Of a DNA stretch of 64,000 nucleotides, positions 9,899 through 19,535 are shown in pieces. Source of the DNA: Nitrospirales bacterium (GTDB lineage Bacteria > Nitrospirota > Nitrospiria > Nitrospirales > UBA8639); assembly GCA_963422365.1 (NCBI GenBank), contig OY729426.1, positions 2,240,001-2,304,000 on the forward strand. Reading direction: 5' to 3'. The stretch's first letter is position 1. The number at the start of each line of letters is the position of its first letter. A program made the translations under genes and the position numbers. A model generated the notes under the pieces. That model saw nothing but the letters and a program-made list of their open reading frames with translations. It was not told where the DNA came from and made no database searches.

Positions 9899-10481
9899 GT
9901 GCGGAGTTCAAACTCGACGTACTCTAAAATTTGGTGTCCACCCATGGTCGGGTGTCGGGCCTTTTCGGTTTCCGTGACTAGCACAACAAGCCTTCACTCA
10001 CCAAGACTCTTAATCCAGACGCCTAACGCCTAGACACCGACAGCCATCCCATTCGCCATCGACACTTTGTTCCCAGGATCAAAACTTCAGTTGCCCATTG
10101 GGCATAACCACACCGCAATGGGCAGCATCAACTTAATGGGAATATTTCTGTTTCACCGCTTGCAAGATGCATTCTGCATACGGTGAATCCGATATGCAAG
10201 CCATTTAGAAGCCATGATGTTTCCATCGTTTTTCAACGAGCCGTAAGACGCTGTTTCTCCCTCATCCCTCCTTGAACTTGCAATACTCAATCCATACGTG
10301 CACCGACCTTCTCGTCCAAAACCTCATGAACCACTTCCTTGCCACGGTTTGACATACCTAAGGGCGAGTGGTATGAAGAAGTACTCTTGCGTAGCTCGTT
10401 ATCAGAAAAGATACGTCGACACACTTCATCCTCTGAGCCGTCTATGTTCCGAGCACTCTCCTCACACACCAGAGGGTACTC

Positions 10482-11045
10482 ATGACATCGACCATGCCTT
10501 TCCTTACCGTGTCCCCTTCCTCTTCTCCTCTCCTCTTTGCTCAAAACGATGATCAAGACCTCGATTTCGAAGACGGATTAGAAGACTTTGACGATTCTCG
10601 GCATAAACCTCCTCGCCGCCGATGGTTTGTAGTCATTCTGACTATCCTTTTGGTCGCAGGTCTCTGGTACGTCGTGACGAATCCAGAGATACGGTCCTCC
10701 CTCACCCAAGTGGTGACGGGAATAGTCCACACCGCACTCGATCTGCGTGCTGAAGATCCCGCTTCTCAACACGACCGAAACGTCCCTGGTCCATCGAATA
10801 TTCCTTCCATGCCCGCCTTTCACGAAGGACAACTTGTCGCCGTCGTGCTACAAGGAGACCCTCTTGATCCCTTCAGGTTAAGCAATGATGCCGAAGGGGA
10901 ACAGCGAGGCCCTTTAGTGAAAACCGGCGATGTACTCACCATCATCGATGGGAGTCTCATCAAGAAGAAGTGGGTCTATTTCGTACAGACGACGTTCGGA
11001 GATTCGGGGTGGATTAAAGAAGCGTACCTTCAAGCACAATCATAG
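10482..11045 (+). CDS. single-pass membrane protein with C-terminal SH3-like domain
   Basis: Acidic N-terminus, basic RRR before a TM helix, C-terminal GPLVKTGDVLTII...YFVQTTFGDSGWIKEAYL (bacterial SH3-like pattern). Confidence 0.65.
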   Translation: MTSTMPFLTVSPSSSPLLFAQNDDQDLDFEDGLEDFDDSRHKPPRRRWFVVILTILLVAGLWYVVTNPEIRSSLTQVVTGIVHTALDLRAEDPASQHDRNVPGPSNIPSMPAFHEGQLVAVVLQGDPLDPFRLSNDAEGEQRGPLVKTGDVLTIIDGSLIKKKWVYFVQTTFGDSGWIKEAYLQAQS

Positions 11046-11242
11046 ATTGCAGCCATGTTCAGAAGAAACCTGCGATCTCTCAAGCTAAATTGCAGGCCTC
11101 CGAGTTTTCGGAGTTCGGTTTTTGCTCGGTCCTCCACAATGTTGCCTGACCTGTTCTCACCGAGACACGTTTATTGCAATTCGTATCAAATTCTTTTCAC
11201 CCACATCGTTCACCCTCGTTTTTTACATCGATACTAACGCAG

Positions 11243-12127
11243 ATGACCACCGTCACAGAAGCCCACTCCTATTGCATCCAAAAGACCAAAGACAGTGGGA
11301 GCAATTTTTACTATTCATTTCTTTTTTTACCCCATCCCTGCCGGGAAGCCATGTCGACCATTTACACATTCTGTCACGAGTTGGATGCTACCGTGGATCA
11401 CCCCGCTCAGGGCGTGGACCCATACGACCAACTTGCGCAATGGCGTCGAGAAATTGAGGCGACCTATCAAGGCACCCCGCAATACCCGGTGACCATGAGT
11501 CTGGCAGATCATGTTCGCACACTCGGCATTCCACAGGACTATTTTCAAGAACTCATGACTGGCATGGAAATGGATCTGACAATCAAGCGGTATGCGACCT
11601 TTGAAGATTTATATCTCTACTGCTATCGCGTGGCCTCGATTGTTGGATTGATCTGTTTAAAAGTATTCGGAACCACCGATCCACGTGCACAGAACTATGC
11701 CATCAACTTAGGGATGGCCTTTCAGCTGACCAATATCATTCGCGATATTGGAGCCGATGCTGAACGAGACCGGATTTATGTGCCACAAGAAGACTTGGCG
11801 AGGTTTGACTGTTCCGAGAACCAGTTTTTGGCCAAAACCTCTTCGCCTCAATTTATTCGGCTTATGGAATTCCAGGCCGCTCGGGCCCATGACTACTATC
11901 GAAAAGCACAAACCGTGTATGACACCCTTTCATCGGCCAATCGCCAATCTTTACTTTCGGCAGAAATCATGCGTGCAATATACCTTCGCCTTTTAACCCG
12001 TATTGAAAAAACGCGATTCGCCATTTTTTCTTCTCGCATTCGAGTTCCCCCAACCCTTCGACTAACCACAGCCCTCATGGCTTGGGTACGACGATCATTC
12101 CAAAATCGTTTTTCTCGCCGGACATGA
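11243..12127 (+). CDS. hpnD: squalene/phytoene synthase family, HpnD-like presqualene diphosphate synthase
   Basis: SGSNFYYSFLFL, GMEMDL, YCYRVAS, AFQLTNIIRDIGADA, RIYVP. Confidence 0.85.
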   Translation: MTTVTEAHSYCIQKTKDSGSNFYYSFLFLPHPCREAMSTIYTFCHELDATVDHPAQGVDPYDQLAQWRREIEATYQGTPQYPVTMSLADHVRTLGIPQDYFQELMTGMEMDLTIKRYATFEDLYLYCYRVASIVGLICLKVFGTTDPRAQNYAINLGMAFQLTNIIRDIGADAERDRIYVPQEDLARFDCSENQFLAKTSSPQFIRLMEFQAARAHDYYRKAQTVYDTLSSANRQSLLSAEIMRAIYLRLLTRIEKTRFAIFSSRIRVPPTLRLTTALMAWVRRSFQNRFSRRT

Positions 12128-12176
12128 CGCATCTCCGGTGATTGGAGGAATCCTTGCTCACCCTGTCACCACGCAA

Positions 12177-12205
12177 TTGACAACGAAGGGCCCCCTTTCT
12201 ATGAT
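12177..12205 (+). promoter_or_regulatory. putative sigma70 promoter (TTGACA-N17-TATGAT) for udg
   Basis: Near-consensus hexamers at 17-nt spacing; ATG 9 nt after the -10. Confidence 0.65.
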
Positions 12206-12214
12206 GCCACTCGT

Positions 12215-12826
12215 ATGTCGCTCACTGACCTCTGCGAATCCTTACGCACCTGCCAGCAATGTCGTCTGGCTTCCGGACGGACCCATGTCGTATTCGGGAG
12301 TGGGAATCCGGAGGCCTCGATCATGTTTGTCGGAGAAGCCCCTGGGTTCCACGAGGACAAGCAAGGGGTTCCTTTTGTCGGCGCAGCAGGAAACCTCTTA
12401 ACGGAATTATTGGAATCGGTTAGGCTTTCCCGGTCAGATATTTATATTGCAAATGTTATTAAATGCCGCCCTCCTCATAACCGCGACCCCACACCGGATG
12501 AAGTTGAGACGTGCAAACCCTTCCTTCTTCAGCAAATCCACCTTATCAAACCACAGTTGGTCTGTTCCCTGGGCAATTTTGCCACCCAAACACTTTTGGG
12601 AAGAAAAGTTGGGATCACAAAGGTCCATGGTCAACCGTTTCTATTATCGGAGTTTCGATTGTTTCCGCTGTTCCATCCTGCCGCGGCTCTTCACCAAGAA
12701 CATCTCCTTCCGCTTCTTCGGGAAGATTTTCAAAAATTAAGGCAGCTCATGGAGACCATGGCGGATCCACGGCAGGAGGCAGCAGTTTCAGCCATTGCCA
12801 AACCCGTCCAAATGGATTTGTTTTAA
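12215..12826 (+). CDS. family 4 uracil-DNA glycosylase ([4Fe-4S])
   Basis: CQQCRL, VGEAPG..ED, PFVG.AG, NVIKCRPP.NRDP, FHPAA. Confidence 0.95.
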   Translation: MSLTDLCESLRTCQQCRLASGRTHVVFGSGNPEASIMFVGEAPGFHEDKQGVPFVGAAGNLLTELLESVRLSRSDIYIANVIKCRPPHNRDPTPDEVETCKPFLLQQIHLIKPQLVCSLGNFATQTLLGRKVGITKVHGQPFLLSEFRLFPLFHPAAALHQEHLLPLLREDFQKLRQLMETMADPRQEAAVSAIAKPVQMDLF

Positions 12827-12987
12827 CGTATCTGAGGGGCGGTTCACTGCGAATGAGTACGTTCTCCGCAGCGACACGTTCGGGTTGCGCTAGGAGAAAA
12901 ACTGTATCGGTCACGATGGGGAAAAGGTCTGGAAAGGACTAACGAAAATACGGCATGATCACGGCAAGCAAGCCCTGCATGCTGTGA

Positions 12988-13494
12988 TCATGTCGGGTGT
13001 GCAGATGAGGGTTTGTCTTCCGTTACGACGATCCTTTCCTCCTGAACTGCTGAATCGCCGGAAATTTCTTGGTCTGTTTGATCCTGACTCGATGCCTCGA
13101 ATTCTTCGCGGTCTTCTTCCGGAGTCTCAAACCACTTGACCAACATTTCTTCCCACCACACTTCATCAACATCCGTACCCGGATCGACCCCCAAGAAAGA
13201 CACTTCGGCTTCCGTCATATTCGGATCAATCTCCGTAGGACGAACACGGGCGCGATCGACCACTTCTTTAGTCGCATACCCGCCAACAATCCAAGAAGGT
13301 GGATCAGCCCTTCGAGATTTATAGGCCTGAAGTTGAAGCTTGAGATAGACAAAAATTTTCCGCTGCCCATGATCCTCGAACCCGCTGGATGGGAGGCTTA
13401 ATGTTTTTTCAATCTTTTTTCTCCATTTCCGTTGATCATATCGTGAGGTCACCAACTGCAAGGCTTTTGTTCCATCCTCAACGTCAAGTGGCAT
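12988..13494 (-). CDS. hypothetical protein downstream of tldD-pmbA
   Basis: GGAGG SD before MPLDVE; structured-looking core with an acidic tail. Confidence 0.75.
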   Translation of the reverse strand: MPLDVEDGTKALQLVTSRYDQRKWRKKIEKTLSLPSSGFEDHGQRKIFVYLKLQLQAYKSRRADPPSWIVGGYATKEVVDRARVRPTEIDPNMTEAEVSFLGVDPGTDVDEVWWEEMLVKWFETPEEDREEFEASSQDQTDQEISGDSAVQEERIVVTEDKPSSAHPT

Positions 13495-13535
13495 AAGACC
13501 TCCTTCGGCTTCCGGAATACTCAACAGACACGCAT

Positions 13536-14894
13536 TCAATGGCCCCCCACCATCATGTCACGTATGTATATGGTGGGACTCGCAAGTCTCCCCCGAAATG
13601 TTAAATCATTCCCAATCGACTCAATAGCTTGGAACATGTGTTTCAAATTGCCGGCAATGGTCACTTCTTGAACAGGATAGGCCAACTCGCCATTTTCAAT
13701 CCAAAAGCCGGAAGCACCCCGAGAATAATCTCCCGTCACCATATTCACGCCAAATCCAATCAACTCGGTGACATACAACCCTTGCGTGACGGATCGAATG
13801 ATGTCGTCAGGCGAACTGTCACCGGGATGGAAGAATAAATTCGTCGGAGACACGGTGGGATTATCACCGATACTCCTGGAGGCGTTTCCCGTGGACGCCA
13901 TACCTAATTTTCTCCCGGAATACGTATCCAACAAATAACTGGAGAGTCCGCCACGTTCAACGATCATCGTTTTTCGGGTTGGCAACCCTTCTCCGTCAAA
14001 AGGGCGAGATCCTATCTTGCCGGGCATCCGACCGTTATCTTCAATATTCACATGTTTCGAGGCAATGGGCTTTCCCAATTGTCCCAGTAAAAATGAGGCA
14101 CCTTTATACAGTGAATAGCCGGAAACCGCACTCGAGAGATGCCCTAACAGACTTTGAGCTGTTTCCGGATCAAAAATCACAGGAACGCGTTGAGTCCCCA
14201 CCTTTCGGGCCCCCAAACGCCGAAGAGTCCGCTCCGCTGCTATCTGTCCAACTGACTCCGGATTCTCCAACTCATGACGTTTACGCGAGACCGTATACCA
14301 CAAGTCTCGTTGCATGCCCTGGTCGTCAGAGCCTTCGGCCACGGGTGTCACGGACAGGGAAAACCGGGAACTTCGATGGTACCCCAGAAAGCCATGTGTG
14401 TTAGCCAACACCACCGCGCCGTAGGCCGAAGCCGATTCGGCCCCCTCTGAATTGGTAATGCGAGGATCCGCATCCAGAGCAGCCTGTTCCGCACGTTGAG
14501 CTAAATGAATTTTTTCCTCCACGGGCATGGTGGTGGGATCATAGAGATCCAAATCGGGCATATCGGCCGCCAGAGCCGTTTGTTCGGGAAGTCCTGACGT
14601 CTCATCCTCAGCCACAGCCTTCGCAAGGGCACAGGTATCGACGACCAGCTGCTTGAGCGATACTTTAGAAAAATCCGAGGTGGACGCGCTGGCAGACCGT
14701 TTCCCGAAAAACACTCGAATTCCCAAACTTTTCTCCCGCGCCTTACTCAAACGATCGACAGCCGATAACCGCACCTGAACCGATACTGAATCCCCTTCTG
14801 CTACGAGGACGTCCGCTTCCGTGGCACCGTGGGCTTTGACCCGGTCAACCAATTCAGCGGCAAGGGTCTTCAGGACTTCTGGGGATTCATTCAT
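13536..14894 (-). CDS. pmbA: TldE/PmbA metalloprotease partner
   Basis: FDGEG, STGNA, VNMVTGDYSRGASGFWIENG, TIAGNL; no HExxH motif. Confidence 0.93.
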   Translation of the reverse strand: MNESPEVLKTLAAELVDRVKAHGATEADVLVAEGDSVSVQVRLSAVDRLSKAREKSLGIRVFFGKRSASASTSDFSKVSLKQLVVDTCALAKAVAEDETSGLPEQTALAADMPDLDLYDPTTMPVEEKIHLAQRAEQAALDADPRITNSEGAESASAYGAVVLANTHGFLGYHRSSRFSLSVTPVAEGSDDQGMQRDLWYTVSRKRHELENPESVGQIAAERTLRRLGARKVGTQRVPVIFDPETAQSLLGHLSSAVSGYSLYKGASFLLGQLGKPIASKHVNIEDNGRMPGKIGSRPFDGEGLPTRKTMIVERGGLSSYLLDTYSGRKLGMASTGNASRSIGDNPTVSPTNLFFHPGDSSPDDIIRSVTQGLYVTELIGFGVNMVTGDYSRGASGFWIENGELAYPVQEVTIAGNLKHMFQAIESIGNDLTFRGRLASPTIYIRDMMVGGH

Positions 14895-14961
14895 GATGAA
14901 GGATGATGAAGTGACTGAATAAGCCTAAGGATAGGGTTCTGAATACTTCTGCGCGACAGTG

Positions 14962-16395
14962 CTAGGTCGAAGTCCCACCCACCGTAATCTCATCTATTCG
15001 AATCGTCGGCAGTCCGACGCCTACCGGAACGGATTGGCCTTCTTTCCCGCAGGTCCCGATACCCGAATCCAATTTCAAATCGTAGCCCACCATGGACACG
15101 TTCTTGAGGACATCAGGCCCGTTCCCGATGAGAGTCGCCCCTTTGACCGGTTTCGTCACCTTTCCATCCTCGATGAGATAGGCTTCACTCGCCGAAAATA
15201 CGAATTTGCCATTCGTGATATCCACTTGTCCGCCTCCAAACGAAACCGCATACAAGCCTTTTTTTACTGACTGAATGATATCCTTGGGCTCGGACGTGCC
15301 CGCCAGCATAAAGGTGTTCGTCATCCGAGGCAGGACAAGACTCCGAAAATCTTCGCGCCTGCCATTGCCGGTTAAGGGAAGGCCCATCAGCCGGGCATTG
15401 AGACGATCCGTAATATAGCCCCGCAAGATTCCCTTTTCGATCAAGACGGTCTCGGTCGTCGGCGTGCCTTCATCGTCAATATTGAGCGATCCTCGCCTGA
15501 AGGGCAACGTCCCATCATCAACGATCGTGCAGGCATCGGAAGCCACACGTTGACCGATGAGATTGCTAAACGCCGACGTTTTTCTCCGGTTAAAATCAGC
15601 CTCCAGGCCATGCCCAATGGCCTCATGTAACAAAATCCCTGGCCAGCCTCCCGCTAACACCACAGGCATGATTCCCGCCGGTGCGTCTACGGCACTGAGA
15701 TTCAGGATGGCCTGCCGGGCGGCTTCTCGAGCATAAGACCGCGCTCGATCCTGTTCATGGTAAAAAGAAAAGCCGACACGCCCCCCTCCGCCAAAAGTTC
15801 CGACCTGTCGATTCTTACCCTCTTCGGCAATACACGTCACCTGCAGTCGAGATAAAGGCTGCACGTCGCCGGCTCGTAACCCCTCGGTTGTCGCAACCAA
15901 CATCACTTTATGGTCGGTATTCAATGAAGCCATCACCTTCGTAATACGAGGATCATAGCGACGTGCTTCTTGATCGATTAGATTCAGCAGAGCGACGCGC
16001 TCTTGCGTGGCGATTTCTGTAAGGGATGGCTCAAGAGGATAGAGATTCTGTGTTCTGGCAGGACAGTGGGTCACGGGGACCGGAGCATCTCCTTTCGGGG
16101 AGTCGGCTATATAGCGTGCGGTATCTGCCGCAATTTCCAGGTCCCGTTGGGACAATTCGTCGGAATAGGCAAACCCTGTTTTTTCCCCAGAGGTCGCTCG
16201 AACCCCGGCACCTTGAGCAATACTTTTGACTGCTCGTTTGACGATTCCCTCCTCCATGGACACGGACTCGGAAATCGTCGATTCAAAGTAAATATCCGCA
16301 TAATCCACGGCACGGGCATTGACCCGTGCCAAGACCTGATCAACCTCACGTTCCTTAAGCGAAAAATGTTCGAATGCAACAATTTGCTGAGACAT
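14962..16395 (-). CDS. tldD: TldD metalloprotease
   Basis: LHEAIGHGLEADF, DDEG, TGNGRR, PRMTNT, GGGQVD, CGKEGQ. Confidence 0.96.
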   Translation of the reverse strand: MSQQIVAFEHFSLKEREVDQVLARVNARAVDYADIYFESTISESVSMEEGIVKRAVKSIAQGAGVRATSGEKTGFAYSDELSQRDLEIAADTARYIADSPKGDAPVPVTHCPARTQNLYPLEPSLTEIATQERVALLNLIDQEARRYDPRITKVMASLNTDHKVMLVATTEGLRAGDVQPLSRLQVTCIAEEGKNRQVGTFGGGGRVGFSFYHEQDRARSYAREAARQAILNLSAVDAPAGIMPVVLAGGWPGILLHEAIGHGLEADFNRRKTSAFSNLIGQRVASDACTIVDDGTLPFRRGSLNIDDEGTPTTETVLIEKGILRGYITDRLNARLMGLPLTGNGRREDFRSLVLPRMTNTFMLAGTSEPKDIIQSVKKGLYAVSFGGGQVDITNGKFVFSASEAYLIEDGKVTKPVKGATLIGNGPDVLKNVSMVGYDLKLDSGIGTCGKEGQSVPVGVGLPTIRIDEITVGGTST

Positions 16396-16553
16396 GTTCT
16401 TTACACTTAACACGACCACTGAAATTTGCGCAAGAAATGAAAGCCGGATTCGCTACAGAACGATGGGAGCATTGACAACAGACATAGTGACAGAGGCGTC
16501 ATCCTTTCATGCAAGACCGCTCTTCAGGTCTCAATCTCTTGCTTGCACTCGGT

Positions 16554-16582
16554 TTGACAAGACCAGGGCTCATAATTATACT
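16554..16582 (+). promoter_or_regulatory. putative sigma70 promoter (TTGACA-N17-TATACT) for the uppS operon
   Basis: TTGACA 16554-16559, TATACT 16577-16582. Confidence 0.6.
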
Positions 16583-16626
16583 AGTTCTTCGGTGAATCCC
16601 CCATTACGCAACCAACTCCTTTACAA

Positions 16627-17427
16627 ATGATGACACCCGATTTAACAGATCCCTTGACGGGACTGACAGAGGATGATTTCTTGTCACAGCTTGTTCATGA
16701 AACCCTGCCCCGTCATGTGGCCATCATTATGGATGGGAACGGTCGGTGGGCCTCTCATCGTGAGCTACCACGTATCGCAGGGCACAAGGAAGGGTTGCTT
16801 GCCCTCCATGAAGTGCTCAATGCCTGTTATCTGCTGGGAATTTCGATTCTAACAATTTATGCGTTCTCCCGGGAGAACTGGAAGCGGCCTCAAGCCGAGA
16901 TTGATTTGCTTATGACGCTCCTTGAAGAATTTCTTCATCAGGAACGGCAGACCTTCCATGAACGGAAAATACGGTTTTTCCCCATTGGTCTGCTGTATGA
17001 GCTTCCTTCTTCCACTCAAGACTTGGTGCGTGCCGTAGCCCAAGAGACCGAACATTTCACCGACAGAACCGTGACGGTCGCCCTCAGTTATGGAGGACGC
17101 TCCGAGATTATTGATGCCATAAATCACCTGATTGAAGATATTCAATACAAAAAACCGTCGAGGCGCATTCATGAAGCCCAATTTGAACAGTACCTGTCCA
17201 CAGCCGGTCTTCCAGACCCGGACCTCCTCATTCGAACGAGCGGGGAAGCGAGAATCAGCAATTTTCTGCTCTGGCAAATCGCCTATACGGAGTTGTATTT
17301 TACAAAAACCCTTTGGCCCGACTTCCGACGACGTGACCTGTTCCTGGCTCTGCTCGATTACCAAAAACGAGATCGTCGCTTCGGTCGTCTCTCGCAAGCA
17401 GTCTCTCCTCAAAGAAACAGGTTGTGA
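16627..17427 (+). CDS. uppS: undecaprenyl diphosphate synthase
   Basis: HVAIIMDGNGRW, FSRENWKRP, SYGGR, DLLIRTSGEARISNF. Confidence 0.97.
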   Translation: MMTPDLTDPLTGLTEDDFLSQLVHETLPRHVAIIMDGNGRWASHRELPRIAGHKEGLLALHEVLNACYLLGISILTIYAFSRENWKRPQAEIDLLMTLLEEFLHQERQTFHERKIRFFPIGLLYELPSSTQDLVRAVAQETEHFTDRTVTVALSYGGRSEIIDAINHLIEDIQYKKPSRRIHEAQFEQYLSTAGLPDPDLLIRTSGEARISNFLLWQIAYTELYFTKTLWPDFRRRDLFLALLDYQKRDRRFGRLSQAVSPQRNRL

Positions 17428-18308
17428 GCACGAATAATGTGGTCGAGCCCGCCTCCAGGGGCCAATCGAATCATCCGGATCCCGTCGCATCCCAATCATC
17501 CACGTTAGGGTTTGACCCAAAACGAGTGTATTCCGCCCTGGTTTTGATTCCTCTCTTGTATTTCCTCACTCGATATCTGCCACCGGTGGCATTCTTTGCT
17601 TTGATCAGCACGACCGTTCTGCTCGCACAATGGGAATTCCTGGGAATGTTCACCGAGAAGAGCCATCTGTCTCACCATACCCTCGTTGGCTTTCTGGGAG
17701 CCTTTCTTCTCTTAATTGCGATGCAGTGGCCAACAGTTCTCAGTTTTCCTCTAGCCCTCTTGATTACCCTCACAGGCCTCCTGTGTTATCAAGTCAGCAT
17801 GGCTCCTTTGGAACCCCGCCATCTTCCTATGTTCATTGTCCTATTTGGGATCCTCTATATCGGGTATACCCTCGGACACTTTCTCTGGCTGAGAAATCAA
17901 AAAGATGGGACGTTCTTGGTTTTGTTTGTGCTGTTGGTCACATGGGCAGGTGACGCAGCCGCATATTATACCGGCAAACTTTGGGGATCACGGCCTCTGG
18001 CTCCCCGATTAAGCCCGAATAAAACCATCGAAGGGTTTCTAGGTGGCCTGATTGTGGCCCCACTCATTGCCTGGATCGGCCATATGTGGTTTCTCCCTAT
18101 TGTCACACCACTCGATTGTCTGATCTTAGGTTTGCTATTCACTGTGCTAGGAGTCGTAGGGGATCTCTCTGAGTCGGCCCTCAAACGATATGCCGGCGTC
18201 AAAGATTCCTGCTCCTTGATTCCTGGACACGGAGGGATTTTGGACCGAATTGATAGCCTGCTTCTTAGCGTGCCGGCTTTTTACTATTATATGATGTTTG
18301 TGAAATAG
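17424..18308 (+). CDS. cdsA: phosphatidate cytidylyltransferase
   Basis: Multi-TM; SPNKTIEG, GDLSESALKR, KDS..LIPGHGGILDRIDS. Confidence 0.95.
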   Translation: MSTNNVVEPASRGQSNHPDPVASQSSTLGFDPKRVYSALVLIPLLYFLTRYLPPVAFFALISTTVLLAQWEFLGMFTEKSHLSHHTLVGFLGAFLLLIAMQWPTVLSFPLALLITLTGLLCYQVSMAPLEPRHLPMFIVLFGILYIGYTLGHFLWLRNQKDGTFLVLFVLLVTWAGDAAAYYTGKLWGSRPLAPRLSPNKTIEGFLGGLIVAPLIAWIGHMWFLPIVTPLDCLILGLLFTVLGVVGDLSESALKRYAGVKDSCSLIPGHGGILDRIDSLLLSVPAFYYYMMFVK

Positions 18309-18338
18309 TCTCTTATCAACCGACACTTCTTCCCTACG

Positions 18339-19496
18339 ATGAAACAGATCATTCTTCTTGGCTCAACAGGCTCCATCGGAGAGAGCACCCTCGACATCGT
18401 CGCCAAATTTCCAGATCAATTTTCGATTTTAGGGTTGGCTGCTCGACACAGTGACGAGAAGTTGGAAGAACAAATTCGCTCGTTTCGTCCCAAATTCGTG
18501 GCCCTTGCTAATTCTGCTGCTGCGCACCGACTCCGTTTTCGCATGAATGATCCAGCTCTTCACATCCTCGATGGCCCCAACGGCGTGACGGAAGTGGCTT
18601 CCCATCCAGAGAGTGATCTGGTCATCTCAGCCATCGTGGGGGGAGCAGGCCTAGTCCCAACCATGGCCGCCATTCGTGCAGGCCGTCGGGTGGCATTGGC
18701 CAACAAAGAGCCCATGGTCATGGCCGGACAACTGATGCAAGAAGAAGCTCACCGCCAAAGATTGCCTATTTTCCCCATCGATAGCGAACACAGTGCGATT
18801 TTTCAGTCGCTTGTTGGCCATCGACGCGAAGATGTCCGTCGCATCATTCTGACGGCCTCTGGCGGCCCATTTTGGGACTGTACGAAAGACTCTATGAAGA
18901 CCGTCACACCCGAACAAGCACTCCAACATCCGAACTGGCAAATGGGATCGAAAATTACCATTGATTCTGCGACGCTTATGAATAAAGGGCTGGAGGTCAT
19001 CGAAGCCCGTTGGCTCTTTGATTGCCCACCCGCTCAACTCGACATTGTTATTCACCGAGAAAGCATCATCCATTCTCTAGTAGAATATCGAGATGGGTCA
19101 GTAATCGCCCAATTGGGCTTGCCCGATATGCGAACCCCGATTAGTTATGCGATGCATTACCCTCAACGCGTGCCCCTGGATCCACCCTCTTTGGATCTAT
19201 GGAAATTTGGCAAATTGACTTTTCATCAGCCTGATCCTGTACGATTTCCCTGTCTGCGGCTAGCCTATGAGGCGTTAGAACACGGTGGAACCTGTCCGGC
19301 AATTCTCAATGCCGCGAATGAGGTCGCCGTGGATGCATTTTTGCATCATGGGCTCCCCTTTGGGGAAATTGCCAACATCATTGACCAAACCATACAATGT
19401 GCCGATCTTCAACCTCTCACATCATTGGACGATGCCTTGGAGGCCGATCGTTGGGCCAGGGAAAAATCCTCGGCGCTCATCCTCTGTTTAGCCTAA
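18339..19496 (+). CDS. dxr: 1-deoxy-D-xylulose-5-phosphate reductoisomerase
   Basis: LGSTGSIG, LANKE, PIDSEHSA, LTASGGPF, HPNW.MG.KITIDSATLMNKGLE. Confidence 0.98.
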   Translation: MKQIILLGSTGSIGESTLDIVAKFPDQFSILGLAARHSDEKLEEQIRSFRPKFVALANSAAAHRLRFRMNDPALHILDGPNGVTEVASHPESDLVISAIVGGAGLVPTMAAIRAGRRVALANKEPMVMAGQLMQEEAHRQRLPIFPIDSEHSAIFQSLVGHRREDVRRIILTASGGPFWDCTKDSMKTVTPEQALQHPNWQMGSKITIDSATLMNKGLEVIEARWLFDCPPAQLDIVIHRESIIHSLVEYRDGSVIAQLGLPDMRTPISYAMHYPQRVPLDPPSLDLWKFGKLTFHQPDPVRFPCLRLAYEALEHGGTCPAILNAANEVAVDAFLHHGLPFGEIANIIDQTIQCADLQPLTSLDDALEADRWAREKSSALILCLA

Positions 19497-19535
19497 TATA
19501 AACATTCGCTCCTTCACATCCTCACGAGTTACGCA

